A stretch of 32,000 nucleotides of DNA from an uncultured delta proteobacterium (GCA_963804165.1 CAWDPO010000011.1:51759-83758), one strand, 5' to 3'; positions 8,625 through 16,891 are shown, counted from the stretch's first letter. Notes: a model not told the origin generated them from the sequence alone. Numbers and translations: made by a program.

Positions 8625-8692
8625 CGCAGCGTTTACGCGCTTCTAAGGGCGCGTGTCGCCCGTTGGAGTTCCGCAAACGCCGCAGCCCGTAG

Positions 8693-8718
8693 GTCGGGTT
8701 GGCTCAGCGTAACCCGAC
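8693..8718. repeat. REP-like hairpin immediately upstream of the RAYT gene
   Basis: GTCGGGTT (8693-8700) and AACCCGAC (8711-8718) form a perfect 8-bp inverted repeat around a 10-nt loop, preceded by GTAG. Confidence 0.55.
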
Positions 8719-8734
8719 GACTCCGATCGTACCG

Positions 8735-9043
8735 ATGCAATATCGCCGCCCTTTCGTTCCTGGTGGCACTTTCTTTTTCACGGTGGTGACAGCGGACCGT
8801 AAACCGGTGTTCGCCGAGCAAAAGAACGTCACTACGTTGCGGGAGGCCTTTCGCACGATTCGGTTGCGGCGGCCATTTAAACTGGATGCGGCCGTGGTTT
8901 TACGGGATCACTTGCATTGTATCTGGACGCTACCTTCCGGCGACGCAGATTTCGCGACTCGTTGGCGGTTGATCAAGACGTGGTTTACCAAGCATTGCGG
9001 TTCCGATACGTCGTCGGGGTACGCGAAGCTAACCCGAAGCTAA
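8735..9043 (+). pseudogene. 3'-truncated REP-associated tyrosine transposase (RAYT, IS200/IS605 Y1-type HUH transposase)
   Basis: MQYRRPFVPGGTFFFTVVT...LRDHLHCIWTLPSGDADFATRWRLIKTWFTK is the conserved RAYT N-terminal half, including the HUH motif (HLH). Similarity stops near 9000 and the frame runs into REP-like repeats. The C-terminal catalytic-Tyr half is absent. Probable true start is M13 of the listed ORF. Confidence 0.8.
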
Positions 9044-9055
9044 CCCGAAGCTAAC
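9023..9055. repeat. Three perfect tandem copies of the 11-bp unit CGAAGCTAACC
   Basis: Copies at 9023-9033, 9034-9044 and 9045-9055, followed by T7. The unit resembles the REP half-site (gcgTAACCCGA). With tcgggGt at 9012-9019 it forms a second REP-like hairpin. Confidence 0.85.
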
Positions 9056-9083
9056 CTTTTTTTAGCAACCTGCCAGGGCTAGC

Positions 9084-9274
9084 CTAGTGTCCTGTTCAGA
9101 AGTTCGCTGCATAATTGCCGCGCCACCAGTAGCCACAAATCTCCCTTGCCCTCTTTTGCAAAGAGGGTTAAGACGTTCGGAGAAAATTCCCAGAGGAACG
9201 GAAGGATTTGAGCGCGACTCCAGCCGCCATTCACTATTTGTACTTTTAAATGAACTTCTGGGTCAGAACACTAG
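9084..9274 (+). mobile_element. MITE-like non-coding element, copy A (~190 bp)
   Basis: Alignable by eye along its length with 26515..26721 (agtgtcctgt.tcagaag.tt.gc..cataatt...ccctctttgcaaagaggg...ggagaaaattccc...ggatttgag...ttttaaa.gaacttctg.g...cactag). 7-bp terminal inverted repeat CTAGTGT/ACACTAG. Internal hairpin ccctctttTGCaaagaggg. Confidence 0.7.
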
Positions 9275-9740
9275 ACGGTTTCTCCGATCGGGCCCGTGTG
9301 CATCGGCTCGTTGACGGCATCGTCCGGAACCTCACTGCGTAGGGCCTGAAGAATGTTGCGCGCAGCGCGAAGCTCTATCTGGCGCCGAACCTCGTCCACC
9401 GCGGAGCCAAGGTGCGGTGTAAATAGCGTTTGAGACGGGTTATTGAGAAGGGTTTGCGGAATCGACTTGAGGTGGTCTTGCCGTTGCACGTCTTCGAGAA
9501 TACGCCCGCGGTATAGCCCGCGAGCTTACCCGACTCCAGAGCCCGTGCCACGGCACCTTCGTCGACCACTGATCCGCGACCGATGTTCACGAGACAACTG
9601 CCGGGCTTCATGGCAGCAAGCGTCACATCATTGATCAAGTGGAAGGTGCCGTCGAGCAGCGGCGCCGCCAGAAATCCTTGTCTTAAAGCAAGCGGATCCG
9701 CATCAATACATGGTGGAAATATACCTGCTCGTCAGGATTC
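9271..9740 (-). pseudogene. 5'-truncated, frameshifted D-isomer-specific 2-hydroxyacid dehydrogenase (PtxD/glyoxylate-reductase-like), C-terminal ~150 aa only
   Basis: ...[49 protein letters not shown] continues in another frame as ...[41 protein letters not shown]. The frame break is near 9485-9500. The NAD-binding GxGxxG region is absent because the neighbouring gene ends at 9742. Confidence 0.7.
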
Positions 9741-9741
9741 T

Positions 9742-11010
9742 CTAGCGCTCGGTGACAAGTATTTTCCCGCTCATATAGGGGTGGATTGAACAGAGATAAT
9801 CATAAGCGCCGGGGCGATCGAAATTCGCGCTGTAACTGGAGCCCGGCATCACTGTGTCCGAGGCATGCGCCATTCTTCACGGCGATGCTGTGCGGCGCGC
9901 CATCGTCATTGAGCCAAGTCACCGTTTCTCCTGAGGTCACTTCGAGAAGCGCGGGATTAAAAGCGAACCCACTGATCGTCACCCGCCGACTCGAAGATCG
10001 TTGCTGCGGTCGCTGCCGTTTGCACCACAATCTTTCGCGGCGCATTGCCGACTGGCGATATTGGTCACTGTGCCGCTCTCGAGATCGACGATGGACACAT
10101 CGTTGGAGTCTTCGTTGGTCGTAAGCGCGGTTTTTCCGCCAGGCCCGCCCGCCACCCAATGGGGCCGCGAGCCGACTTTGATCGATTTCTCAACGCTGTT
10201 TGTCTGCGGATTGAAAACGGCGAGCAGGCTCGGGCCTTGAACCGCGGTGAGACCGCGTTTGCCATCCGCCGTGAAGTTCGCGTAATGCGGCGAGACGCCC
10301 ACAGGGATTTCGCCGACGATTTTATTGCCTGCTCGGATCGACCACGACCACGGAATCAATGCCCGCCTGGGTGATATATAGGTGTCTTCCGCCGGGGCCG
10401 AACTCCAATCCGCGCGGGGTCTTTTCCAGAGGTACGCGTATTCGTGAGCTTGCGATCCGCCAGGTCGATGATCGCGAGCGAGAACTTGCCCGGTGATTGT
10501 GATCCAACATAGGCGAGCCGTCCATTTGGATGGACGGCGATGTTGTGCGGCTTGCCCACTGCAACGCTGCCGACCACTTTGCGAGTGGTGGTATCGATGA
10601 GAGCGACTGAATCGGTGTCGTACACCCCGACCAGGACAAACTTGCCGTCCGGGCTCGACTGCAACGCCGTGGGGGTTTTTGCCCACTTCGATGTTTTCGA
10701 CCAGCTTGTCCGTCGCCGTATCGATGACGCTGACGGTCGATGCGCCGTCGCTGGCAACATAGACCCAGCGGTTATCGGCCGTAATGGCGATGCCATGGGG
10801 GCCGGGCGGAACCGGGATGGTTGCCGTGACTCGCTTCAGCTCAACGTCAATGACGCTGATCGTATTGTCCTTAAAATTGCCGACGTAAGCTTTAGGTCCG
10901 GCGGCGATGGCGGCACTGGCGGTGAGAAATATCGCTGCCAGTAACAGAATTGTAACCGAGCAGCCATTGCGAAAAAATGGGATTTGGTCAAAGTTGGCTT
11001 TTTGCGACAT
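9742..11010 (-). pseudogene. Secreted YVTN/YncE-type beta-propeller fused to a C-terminal cupredoxin domain, broken by about six +1 frame shifts
   Basis: ATG at 11010 after GAGGT, followed by a signal peptide. Propeller repeats read across three frames (GPHGIAITADNRWVYVA; DGKFVLVGVYDTDSVALID; GKPHNIAVHPNGRLAYV; PRGLEFGPGGRHLYIT; VSPHYANFTADGKRG; SRPHWVAGGPGGKTALTT). The cupredoxin reads VTISGFAFNPALLEVTSGETVTWLNDDGAPHSI...FDRPGAYDYLCSIHPYMSGKILVTER, with its stop at 9742-9744. Breaks lie near 10655, 10435, 10330, 10055, 9985 and 9865. Confidence 0.75.
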
Positions 11011-11091
11011 GTCATCTACCTCAATGTAACTTAGAATTTGCATGAGCTACTGGTAGGACTAGGGCAGAAATATTTTATTCCATGGCGTAAT

Positions 11092-11123
11092 TTCGGGAAT
11101 AATATCGTTTCCCGAATGGTCTA
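11092..11123 (+). promoter_or_regulatory. Candidate ECF-type promoter/operator upstream of the sigma factor gene
   Basis: GGGAAT (11095-11100) and GGTCTA (11118-11123) resemble ECF -35/-10 elements. They overlap a 7-bp inverted repeat, TTCGGGA (11092-11098) and TCCCGAA (11110-11116). Confidence 0.25.
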
Positions 11124-11144
11124 CATTATAATAGGGGAATCGGG

Positions 11145-11711
11145 TTGGATTCGGACAACAAGAAAGCTCGTTTCGAGAATAGCGTGTCGCCGCATGTCGA
11201 TGCCGCGTACAATTTAGCCCGCTGGCTCACCCGCAACGAGCACGATGCGCAGGATGTGGTCGCAAGAGGCGATGCTCCGCGCGTTTAAATTTTTCGATGG
11301 TTTTCGCGGCGCGGATGCGCGTTCATGGGTGCTCAAGATCGTCCGAAATACATGCTTCACATGGCTTCAGGCCAACCGTCCCAATGAGATCGTCGGAACC
11401 GTCCCGAATGAGTTGGACGAATTGCCAGACGTTACTGCCGCCGCCGTTCTGTTCCGGGTCGGCCGATGATCCGGAGACCCTCGCGCTGCGCCGGACTACG
11501 GCTGCACAGATCGATAAGGCGCTATCCGCATTGTCGGCCCCGTTGCTCGAAGTCGTCGTTTTGCGGGAGTTGGAAGGGCTCTCGTACAAGGAGATTGCAA
11601 CGGTGATCGATGCGCCGATAGGGACAGTGATGTCACGGCTGGCGCGGGCTCGAGCGGAATCTGCGGCGTATTCTCGCCGGCTCGCAGTGTTTCGTGGGAG
11701 CAAGAAAATGA
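11145..11711 (+). pseudogene. ECF (sigma-70 family) RNA polymerase sigma factor, reading frame broken two or three times
   Basis: Region 2 (HVDAAYNLARWLTRNEHDAQDVV | QEAMLRAFKFFDGFRGADARSWVLKIVRNTC) and region 4 (LLEVVVLRELEGLSYKEIATVIDAPIGTVMSRLARAR) lie in successive frames 0, 1, 2 and probably back to 0. Breaks lie near 11260, 11445 and 11659. The last frame ends in an ATGA overlap at 11708-11711. Confidence 0.8.
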
Positions 11712-11723
11712 CGCCGGAGACGA

Positions 11724-12476
11724 ATGTGCGTGCTATTGCACGCCTATATTGACGGCGAACTCGATGCCGCCTCGACCATCGAGTTGGAGTCTCGGCTTAA
11801 GGCGTCCACGGCATTGCGGCAGGAATTGGCGCGCTTGACCGCTTTACAGCGGTCCGTGCAGAATCACGCCACGCGTTTCAACGCTCCGTCCGGCCTTACT
11901 GAAGGTTCGTTTGCGGAGATCCCCGCGGTTCAACCCAAAGCAATTCCTGTCGGCGTTCCGCCTTGGTGGCGTACGCTCGCGATCGGAACGAGCATCGCTG
12001 CTGTGGCGCTTTTGGTTTGGAGTCTCTCTTCGATCTTTGTCGGTCGTGAAACGAATTCTGTCCAATTGGAGGAGGTCGTCAGCGCGCACGTCCGCTCTCT
12101 GCTCGCGGATCATCTGACGGATCTTGCGTCCGCGGAACGCCACTCGGTCAAGCCGTGGCTGTCCAACCGTCTCGATTTCGCGCCGCCGGTTCTCGATCTC
12201 GCAAACGAAGGCTTTTCGCTCGCGGGCGGCCGGTTGGATTATCTTGGAGGAAAGCCGGCGGCGGCAATCGTCTACCGTTATCGGCAGCACATTATCAATG
12301 TTTTTGTCTCGCCATCGCTAACAAACGACAGCTCGATTCGAGCTTTGACTCACCGCGGTTATAATACGGCCAAATTCGAGTCCAATGGCATGAGTTACTG
12401 GGCTGTATCCGACTTGAATCCGGACGACCTGGGCAAACTCGCCAACCTGCTCCAACACCCACCGGTCACGAAGTAA
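11724..12476 (+). CDS. Anti-sigma factor (single-pass membrane protein, RskA/zf-HC2-like N-terminus)
   Basis: It lies directly downstream of the ECF sigma gene. The N-terminal C.LLHAYIDGELD motif is typical of anti-sigma factors. One transmembrane helix (WWRTLAIGTSIAAVALLVWSL). The start may be the ATG at 11708 if a further single-base error exists. Confidence 0.75.
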   Translation: MCVLLHAYIDGELDAASTIELESRLKASTALRQELARLTALQRSVQNHATRFNAPSGLTEGSFAEIPAVQPKAIPVGVPPWWRTLAIGTSIAAVALLVWSLSSIFVGRETNSVQLEEVVSAHVRSLLADHLTDLASAERHSVKPWLSNRLDFAPPVLDLANEGFSLAGGRLDYLGGKPAAAIVYRYRQHIINVFVSPSLTNDSSIRALTHRGYNTAKFESNGMSYWAVSDLNPDDLGKLANLLQHPPVTK

Positions 12477-12491
12477 AGCCGCGTCGGCAGT

Positions 12492-12824
12492 TTATTGGAA
12501 ATGCGCGTTCGACCCCGACGATTCCGTTTCCCAAACTCGCAAGCATTTGCGTATGCTCTGAGCGTCCAAACCGAGCACCGCGCAGATCGACTCGAAGGAA
12601 AATAATCCGTCACGATCGTTGCCAAAAAACCATTCTCGATCGTCAATCAATGATTTTTTTGGGTTGCGCAGGCGTTTCCGATAATTCAGCAAAGCATCCT
12701 TTAAAACCGCCAGCATGAGATCTTGTTCCGGGTGCCCGTGGTCGTTGCGCTTGACGGTGTCCCAATAATTGGCGTTGGCGCAGTCGTCGATATCCGGACG
12801 ATGAATCGTCGATTCGAAGTCCAT
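12492..12824 (-). CDS. Hypothetical protein, 110 aa
   Basis: ATG 7 nt after AAGGAG, with a coding-like composition. I do not recognise the family. Confidence 0.6.
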   Translation of the reverse strand: MDFESTIHRPDIDDCANANYWDTVKRNDHGHPEQDLMLAVLKDALLNYRKRLRNPKKSLIDDREWFFGNDRDGLFSFESICAVLGLDAQSIRKCLRVWETESSGSNAHFQ

Positions 12825-12922
12825 GGGTTGCTCCTTTCAATCGAGTTCGGATGCCGCGTTCAAAATCCCGGCGGCGCTGAATCTTAGACCGGCGCAATCT
12901 TGAACGTTCAGCAAGGGCGACA

Positions 12923-13168
12923 CTATGTGCGGCGGAAGGTTAAGCGGAGATTAAGCGAATGCAAAATTTTGGCCTTGGCAATTGACCTTGCGGTTCTGGG
13001 CGTCACCCGGCGTGAATCTTCCAACGAGCGGCCATCAGCGAACCTGTATGACTGAATCGCCTCCAAGCCGACCGGATTGCCGATCGGGAAAAATCCATTG
13101 GCTCCGATCCGGTTGTTGGCGCTGAAATCAATCCGGCGGTCCATGGTTCCGGAGCGCTTCAAGAACAT
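12923..13168 (-). CDS. Hypothetical protein, 81 aa
   Basis: High GC3 by eye, and divergent from the PAP2 gene across 66 bp of AT-rich DNA. No recognisable domain. Confidence 0.35.
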   Translation of the reverse strand: MFLKRSGTMDRRIDFSANNRIGANGFFPIGNPVGLEAIQSYRFADGRSLEDSRRVTPRTARSIAKAKILHSLNLRLTFRRT

Positions 13169-13234
13169 TTCACACGCTGTTAAATAAAATGAAATTTTAG
13201 ATCTTTAGTGTGTCCCTGAAAGAGGGAAAGTCAC

Positions 13235-13771
13235 GTGAGCAAAGATCAACTCATCCTGTCGGTCAGGTGGATGGCGGATCGCGAGATTGCCGTCTGTGGA
13301 ATTCTCAATCGCATATCCCACCCGCCCAAGGTCAAGAAGTTTTTTGTCGTCATCAGTTGGCTTGGTGACGGCGGGGCTTGGTACGCGCTGATTCTGGCGC
13401 TGCCGTTAATTTACGGCCAGAGCGGCTTACCGACATCCTTCGCTATGGTCAAGGTCGGTGTGGTTAATCTGCTGCTTTACAAAGTCATCAAACATCTCAC
13501 CGGTCGTCCGCGACCCTGCGCGATTAGCCCGAACATCACGGTTGGAACAGCGCCGCTCGATCAATACAGCTTTCCTTCGGGCCACACGATGCACGCGGTG
13601 GCTTTCTCTATCGTTGTAACAGCGGATCATGCGGAGCTGGCCTGGGTGCTCGTCCCATTCAGCAGTCTGATTGCGTTGTCGCGCATTGTGCTCGGTCTGC
13701 ATTACCCGACCGACGTGATTGCCGGCGGCCTAATCGGCGGATACGTCGTATCAGTTTTGATGACGGCGTAG
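13235..13771 (+). CDS. PAP2-family membrane (lipid) phosphatase
   Basis: All three PAP2 signature motifs are present: KHLTGRPRP, SFPSGHT and SRIVLGLHYPTDV. GTG start after AGAGGGAAAG. Confidence 0.9.
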   Translation: MSKDQLILSVRWMADREIAVCGILNRISHPPKVKKFFVVISWLGDGGAWYALILALPLIYGQSGLPTSFAMVKVGVVNLLLYKVIKHLTGRPRPCAISPNITVGTAPLDQYSFPSGHTMHAVAFSIVVTADHAELAWVLVPFSSLIALSRIVLGLHYPTDVIAGGLIGGYVVSVLMTA

Positions 13772-13790
13772 AGCCGGAAGGGGGAAATGT

Positions 13791-14054
13791 ATGCTAGACG
13801 CAGCGGATCTACTCGATCAATCCGCGGGCAGAGCGCTACTTTCGTCTGATGATTTTCCACTTCATCCACCGCGCGACGGTGGCGCCGCGAAATTCGACGC
13901 CCCATGCGGTGCCTGACAGCAGTCCGCCGAAGCGGACTTGCCAACGTCGGCGCCGATGCCGATCGGCACTGAGATTAAGGTGTCGGGGAAATATCATAAT
14001 GGTCCTGTCGAATGTGTCGGGCGCATGGGGATGCCGGCAAAAGTTAGAAATTAG
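13791..14054 (+). CDS. Candidate small selenoprotein (87 aa) with an in-frame TGA at 13914-13916 giving a D-A-P-C-G-A-U motif
   Basis: ATG 7 nt after AGGGGG and 19 nt after the PAP2 stop. The 41 codons, TGA and 45 codons are all in one frame and exactly fill the 280-bp convergent gap. A perfect 7-bp hairpin, agtccgc-cgaa-gcggact (13921-13938), starts 5 nt after the TGA. The family is not recognised, so this could be chance. Confidence 0.3.
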
Positions 14055-14587
14055 CGCTCCAAGTACGCGCCGAGGATGTAATAAACGGTCTCAAGAGCCG
14101 GAACCAGATACCAATCGTCATGCGGGAATCGCATGACCAAGAAAAAGCCCCAGATGGAAAGTAATGTGCCGATGTATTGCGGATGATCGAGCAGCGAGAA
14201 GGGAAACTTTTGGCACCAGCGAACGGCGTAGCCGAACTTGTCACCGTAGAACACTCCGACTTTGCCGAGTCGATAGAACACTCCGATGTTTAGAATTTGG
14301 CCCGTGACGATCAAGACCCCTCCTAAAGCAAGGGACGACACGCTTCCAGCGAGCGGCAAAATTGATCCGTTGCCAAAGACAAAGCACCAGCCGATGAACA
14401 CCGCGCCTTGAAGCACCTTGAAGCAAAAAAAGAGGAACCGTAACGCATCGACCGGATCCTCGATGCGTGCGAGCGCGGGACGCGCGCAAAGGACGCGAAA
14501 ATCCGCGGGCTTGCGCCAGATCCATAGGTAGCAGATCCGCTCAAGGCTCAATAATATCGCGGCGCCGAAAAAGACCCATGGATTCAC
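14051..14587 (-). CDS. PEMT/ICMT-like membrane methyltransferase (phospholipid methyltransferase family)
   Basis: 178-aa polytopic membrane protein with the C-terminal HPQYIG...L motif region typical of PEMT/isoprenylcysteine carboxyl methyltransferase-like enzymes. It is the last gene of the GT4 / aminotransferase-fusion string. Confidence 0.75.
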   Translation of the reverse strand: MNPWVFFGAAILLSLERICYLWIWRKPADFRVLCARPALARIEDPVDALRFLFFCFKVLQGAVFIGWCFVFGNGSILPLAGSVSSLALGGVLIVTGQILNIGVFYRLGKVGVFYGDKFGYAVRWCQKFPFSLLDHPQYIGTLLSIWGFFLVMRFPHDDWYLVPALETVYYILGAYLER

Positions 14588-14626
14588 TGGACAGAGCTGC
14601 TTCGATCCAAGGATGTCGAAACCGTG

Positions 14627-16891
14627 TTAGGCGCTCTGGCGCCGGGGGAAATAGGCGACGATATCGGTCAATGGATCGGTGATCAGCTTGATGAACCAAA
14701 TCATCGAAATGCGAAAGTCGTGCTTCCACACCAGATAAACCACGCGCCCGAGGACCACCGCCAGGGTCCACAGAAACCAATTCAGCGCCACTGCGGCGAT
14801 CGTCGAGGTGAAGCCGTCCACCGTCCAATCGCCGGCTTGCGCCACATGGAACACTGGAATCAACAGATAGCCGAGGACGATCAGCGTCTTGTTGCGCGTG
14901 TTGTATCCTAAGAGTAATTTTTCCTTGTCATGACACGCGGGCTCCAAGATCGCATGACCGAACTGCCGCACAAAAAGGGCCGCCAACCCCAAACACATCG
15001 CGATGGTGAGATCGGAAAACGCCAGAACATAGCAGTAGATGAAGACACTCGAGCTCAACAGATGGAAGAATTGGTTTACGCCGTTGCTATGGGACGCGTG
15101 ATGATCATCATGTTTTCGTTGCATCACTTCGGCATAAAACGTCCGTAGGGGTTCTGGAGTTCGTACCAGACTGCCTAACATTTCTCGCATAAGACGAGCG
15201 CGCATAATTTTCTCCCTTCCCGGATATTGATCCGCGGTCAACCACCACGCGTCGATCTTCATCGAGTGCGCGGCGTTGAGCAGCTTTGCCTGCAAGTCAT
15301 TGTAGTCTGCCACAGTAAAATCCATGCTGCTTAAGCATCGGCCGGTGCCCACCCAACTAAGCGTCACGCCTTCGGCGCGGAGATAATACTGCAGCAGCCA
15401 GTTATAGCGACTCGGTTCCTTGAAGAGCACGGTCCATACCGTCGCGAGATTCACGACGCGCAAGGGTAACGCCGCGTCGGCGAGTTTCTGATTGGTCGAG
15501 TGCACCCATTCCGCGCAACGCTGATTGGACTCGTCATACAGTTTCACCGTGGCAGGCTCTACCACCCAGCGCAAAAATTCGTTCATCGCTCCCATCACCG
15601 CCGGATGCCCGGAAAACGTGCCGACAACGTAAGCGATGCGCATGGGATGCGCGGGATCGAAACGGCGCATGAGAGTTTTATTGCCGCACACCACGCCGAT
15701 GGGCAGGCCGCCGGCCACCGTTTTGCCGTACACGACCATATCCGCGCGCACGCCGAAGTATTCCTGTGCGCCACCCGGTGAGAGGCGAAAGCCGGTATAA
15801 ACTTCGTCGAAGATCAGTGGAATATCGCAGGCGCTGCACACCTCGCGTAGTTGGCGCAGCCACTGAGCGTAGCGCTCGGTGGAATCCTGGGTTTTACGCA
15901 CGTCGCTGGTGAGTAACACCGCATCATTGGGCGGTGGGGAATTAGGATGGAACGACTGCACCGGGTTGACCAGCACCCCGGCGATTTCTTTTGCCCGCCG
16001 GCGAATGACGGCGAGCGAGGCCGGATTGACGTCCTTGAGCGTGAGGCAATCATCGAGGGGGCGTTCACTCCCCAGTCCTGGCTGCACGCCGTCCCACCAG
16101 CCATGATAAGCCCCGGAAAAACAGACGACCAGTTTTCTCCGCGTATTGAACCGCGCCATGCGCACCGCGGCCATTACGGCTTCAGTGCCGCTCATATGAA
16201 ACGACACTTCGTCCAGGTGCGAAACATTCTTGAGCATAGCGATGTTGTCGGCGACGACCGGATGCACCGGGCCCAGGACCGGACCGAGATCTTTCACGCG
16301 TTCCCAGCCCTTCTGTATCCATTCTTTATAGCGGTCGAACCCGGCCACGTTGACGCCATAGGAGCCACTGACATCGATGGTCCAATGGCCATCGAGAGTT
16401 TGCAGGCGCGGGCCTTTTGAAGCCGTCACCACCGAGCAAAGATTGAATTTTTCCCGCATGACGCGCACAAACGGGAACGGTACGCGATTGGCGTCGGTGA
16501 AGCGCAGATCCGAGAAGCTCTCGCGGACCGCATTCGCCCAGGCGATGGACTGGTGATGCTGCGTTTGCAGAAACGTCGCCAGGCGATCAAGAGCTTTCTT
16601 GCGACGGTCAACCCAACTGTCTCCCGCTCCGTCAGCGCGCAAGAATTCTTCCTCCGTGTAATCGCGCGATTTCACCCAGTGCGACAGTTGCCGCGAAAGC
16701 GCCGGCATCCATGCCAGCGCCGGCAAAGTCATGAGAAATCGAATCAGCCTTTGCCCGGCGTAAGTTAGGAAAAACAGACAAAGAATAATTCCGAAGAAAA
16801 GCCAGCCGTCGAACAAAGCGAGCCGGCACGCCGCTGTCGAGCTCGCGTCAAGGCACACCGTCCATCTTTGCAAAGCTTCGTCGAAAATCAT
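14627..16891 (-). CDS. Tri-domain membrane protein: N-terminal TM segment, class-III (GSA-aminomutase-like) PLP aminotransferase, and C-terminal DUF962/Mpo1-like His-rich membrane domain
   Basis: ATG after GGGAGGAA. Residues 1-75 are hydrophobic helices. Residues ~150-540 (16444..15272) carry SGTEAVMAAVRMAR, FDEVYTGFR and the PLP-lysine context YGKTVAGGLPIG. Residues ~575-754 (15169..14630) carry HDDHHASH...FGHAILEP plus four hydrophobic helices, as in Mpo1/YGL010w-like proteins. Confidence 0.85.
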   Translation of the reverse strand: MIFDEALQRWTVCLDASSTAACRLALFDGWLFFGIILCLFFLTYAGQRLIRFLMTLPALAWMPALSRQLSHWVKSRDYTEEEFLRADGAGDSWVDRRKKALDRLATFLQTQHHQSIAWANAVRESFSDLRFTDANRVPFPFVRVMREKFNLCSVVTASKGPRLQTLDGHWTIDVSGSYGVNVAGFDRYKEWIQKGWERVKDLGPVLGPVHPVVADNIAMLKNVSHLDEVSFHMSGTEAVMAAVRMARFNTRRKLVVCFSGAYHGWWDGVQPGLGSERPLDDCLTLKDVNPASLAVIRRRAKEIAGVLVNPVQSFHPNSPPPNDAVLLTSDVRKTQDSTERYAQWLRQLREVCSACDIPLIFDEVYTGFRLSPGGAQEYFGVRADMVVYGKTVAGGLPIGVVCGNKTLMRRFDPAHPMRIAYVVGTFSGHPAVMGAMNEFLRWVVEPATVKLYDESNQRCAEWVHSTNQKLADAALPLRVVNLATVWTVLFKEPSRYNWLLQYYLRAEGVTLSWVGTGRCLSSMDFTVADYNDLQAKLLNAAHSMKIDAWWLTADQYPGREKIMRARLMREMLGSLVRTPEPLRTFYAEVMQRKHDDHHASHSNGVNQFFHLLSSSVFIYCYVLAFSDLTIAMCLGLAALFVRQFGHAILEPACHDKEKLLLGYNTRNKTLIVLGYLLIPVFHVAQAGDWTVDGFTSTIAAVALNWFLWTLAVVLGRVVYLVWKHDFRISMIWFIKLITDPLTDIVAYFPRRQSA

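Noticed and set aside
8635-8654. Hairpin acgcgc-ttctaagg-gcgcgt after the UbiD gene as a rho-independent terminator.
   Set aside because: The 6-bp stem has no following U-tract, so support is insufficient.
9742-11711. Programmed ribosomal frameshifting as the explanation for the serial +1 shifts.
   Set aside because: Six shifts in one gene and three in the next, with no shared slippery motif at the sites, do not fit programmed recoding. Sequence error or decay is far more likely.
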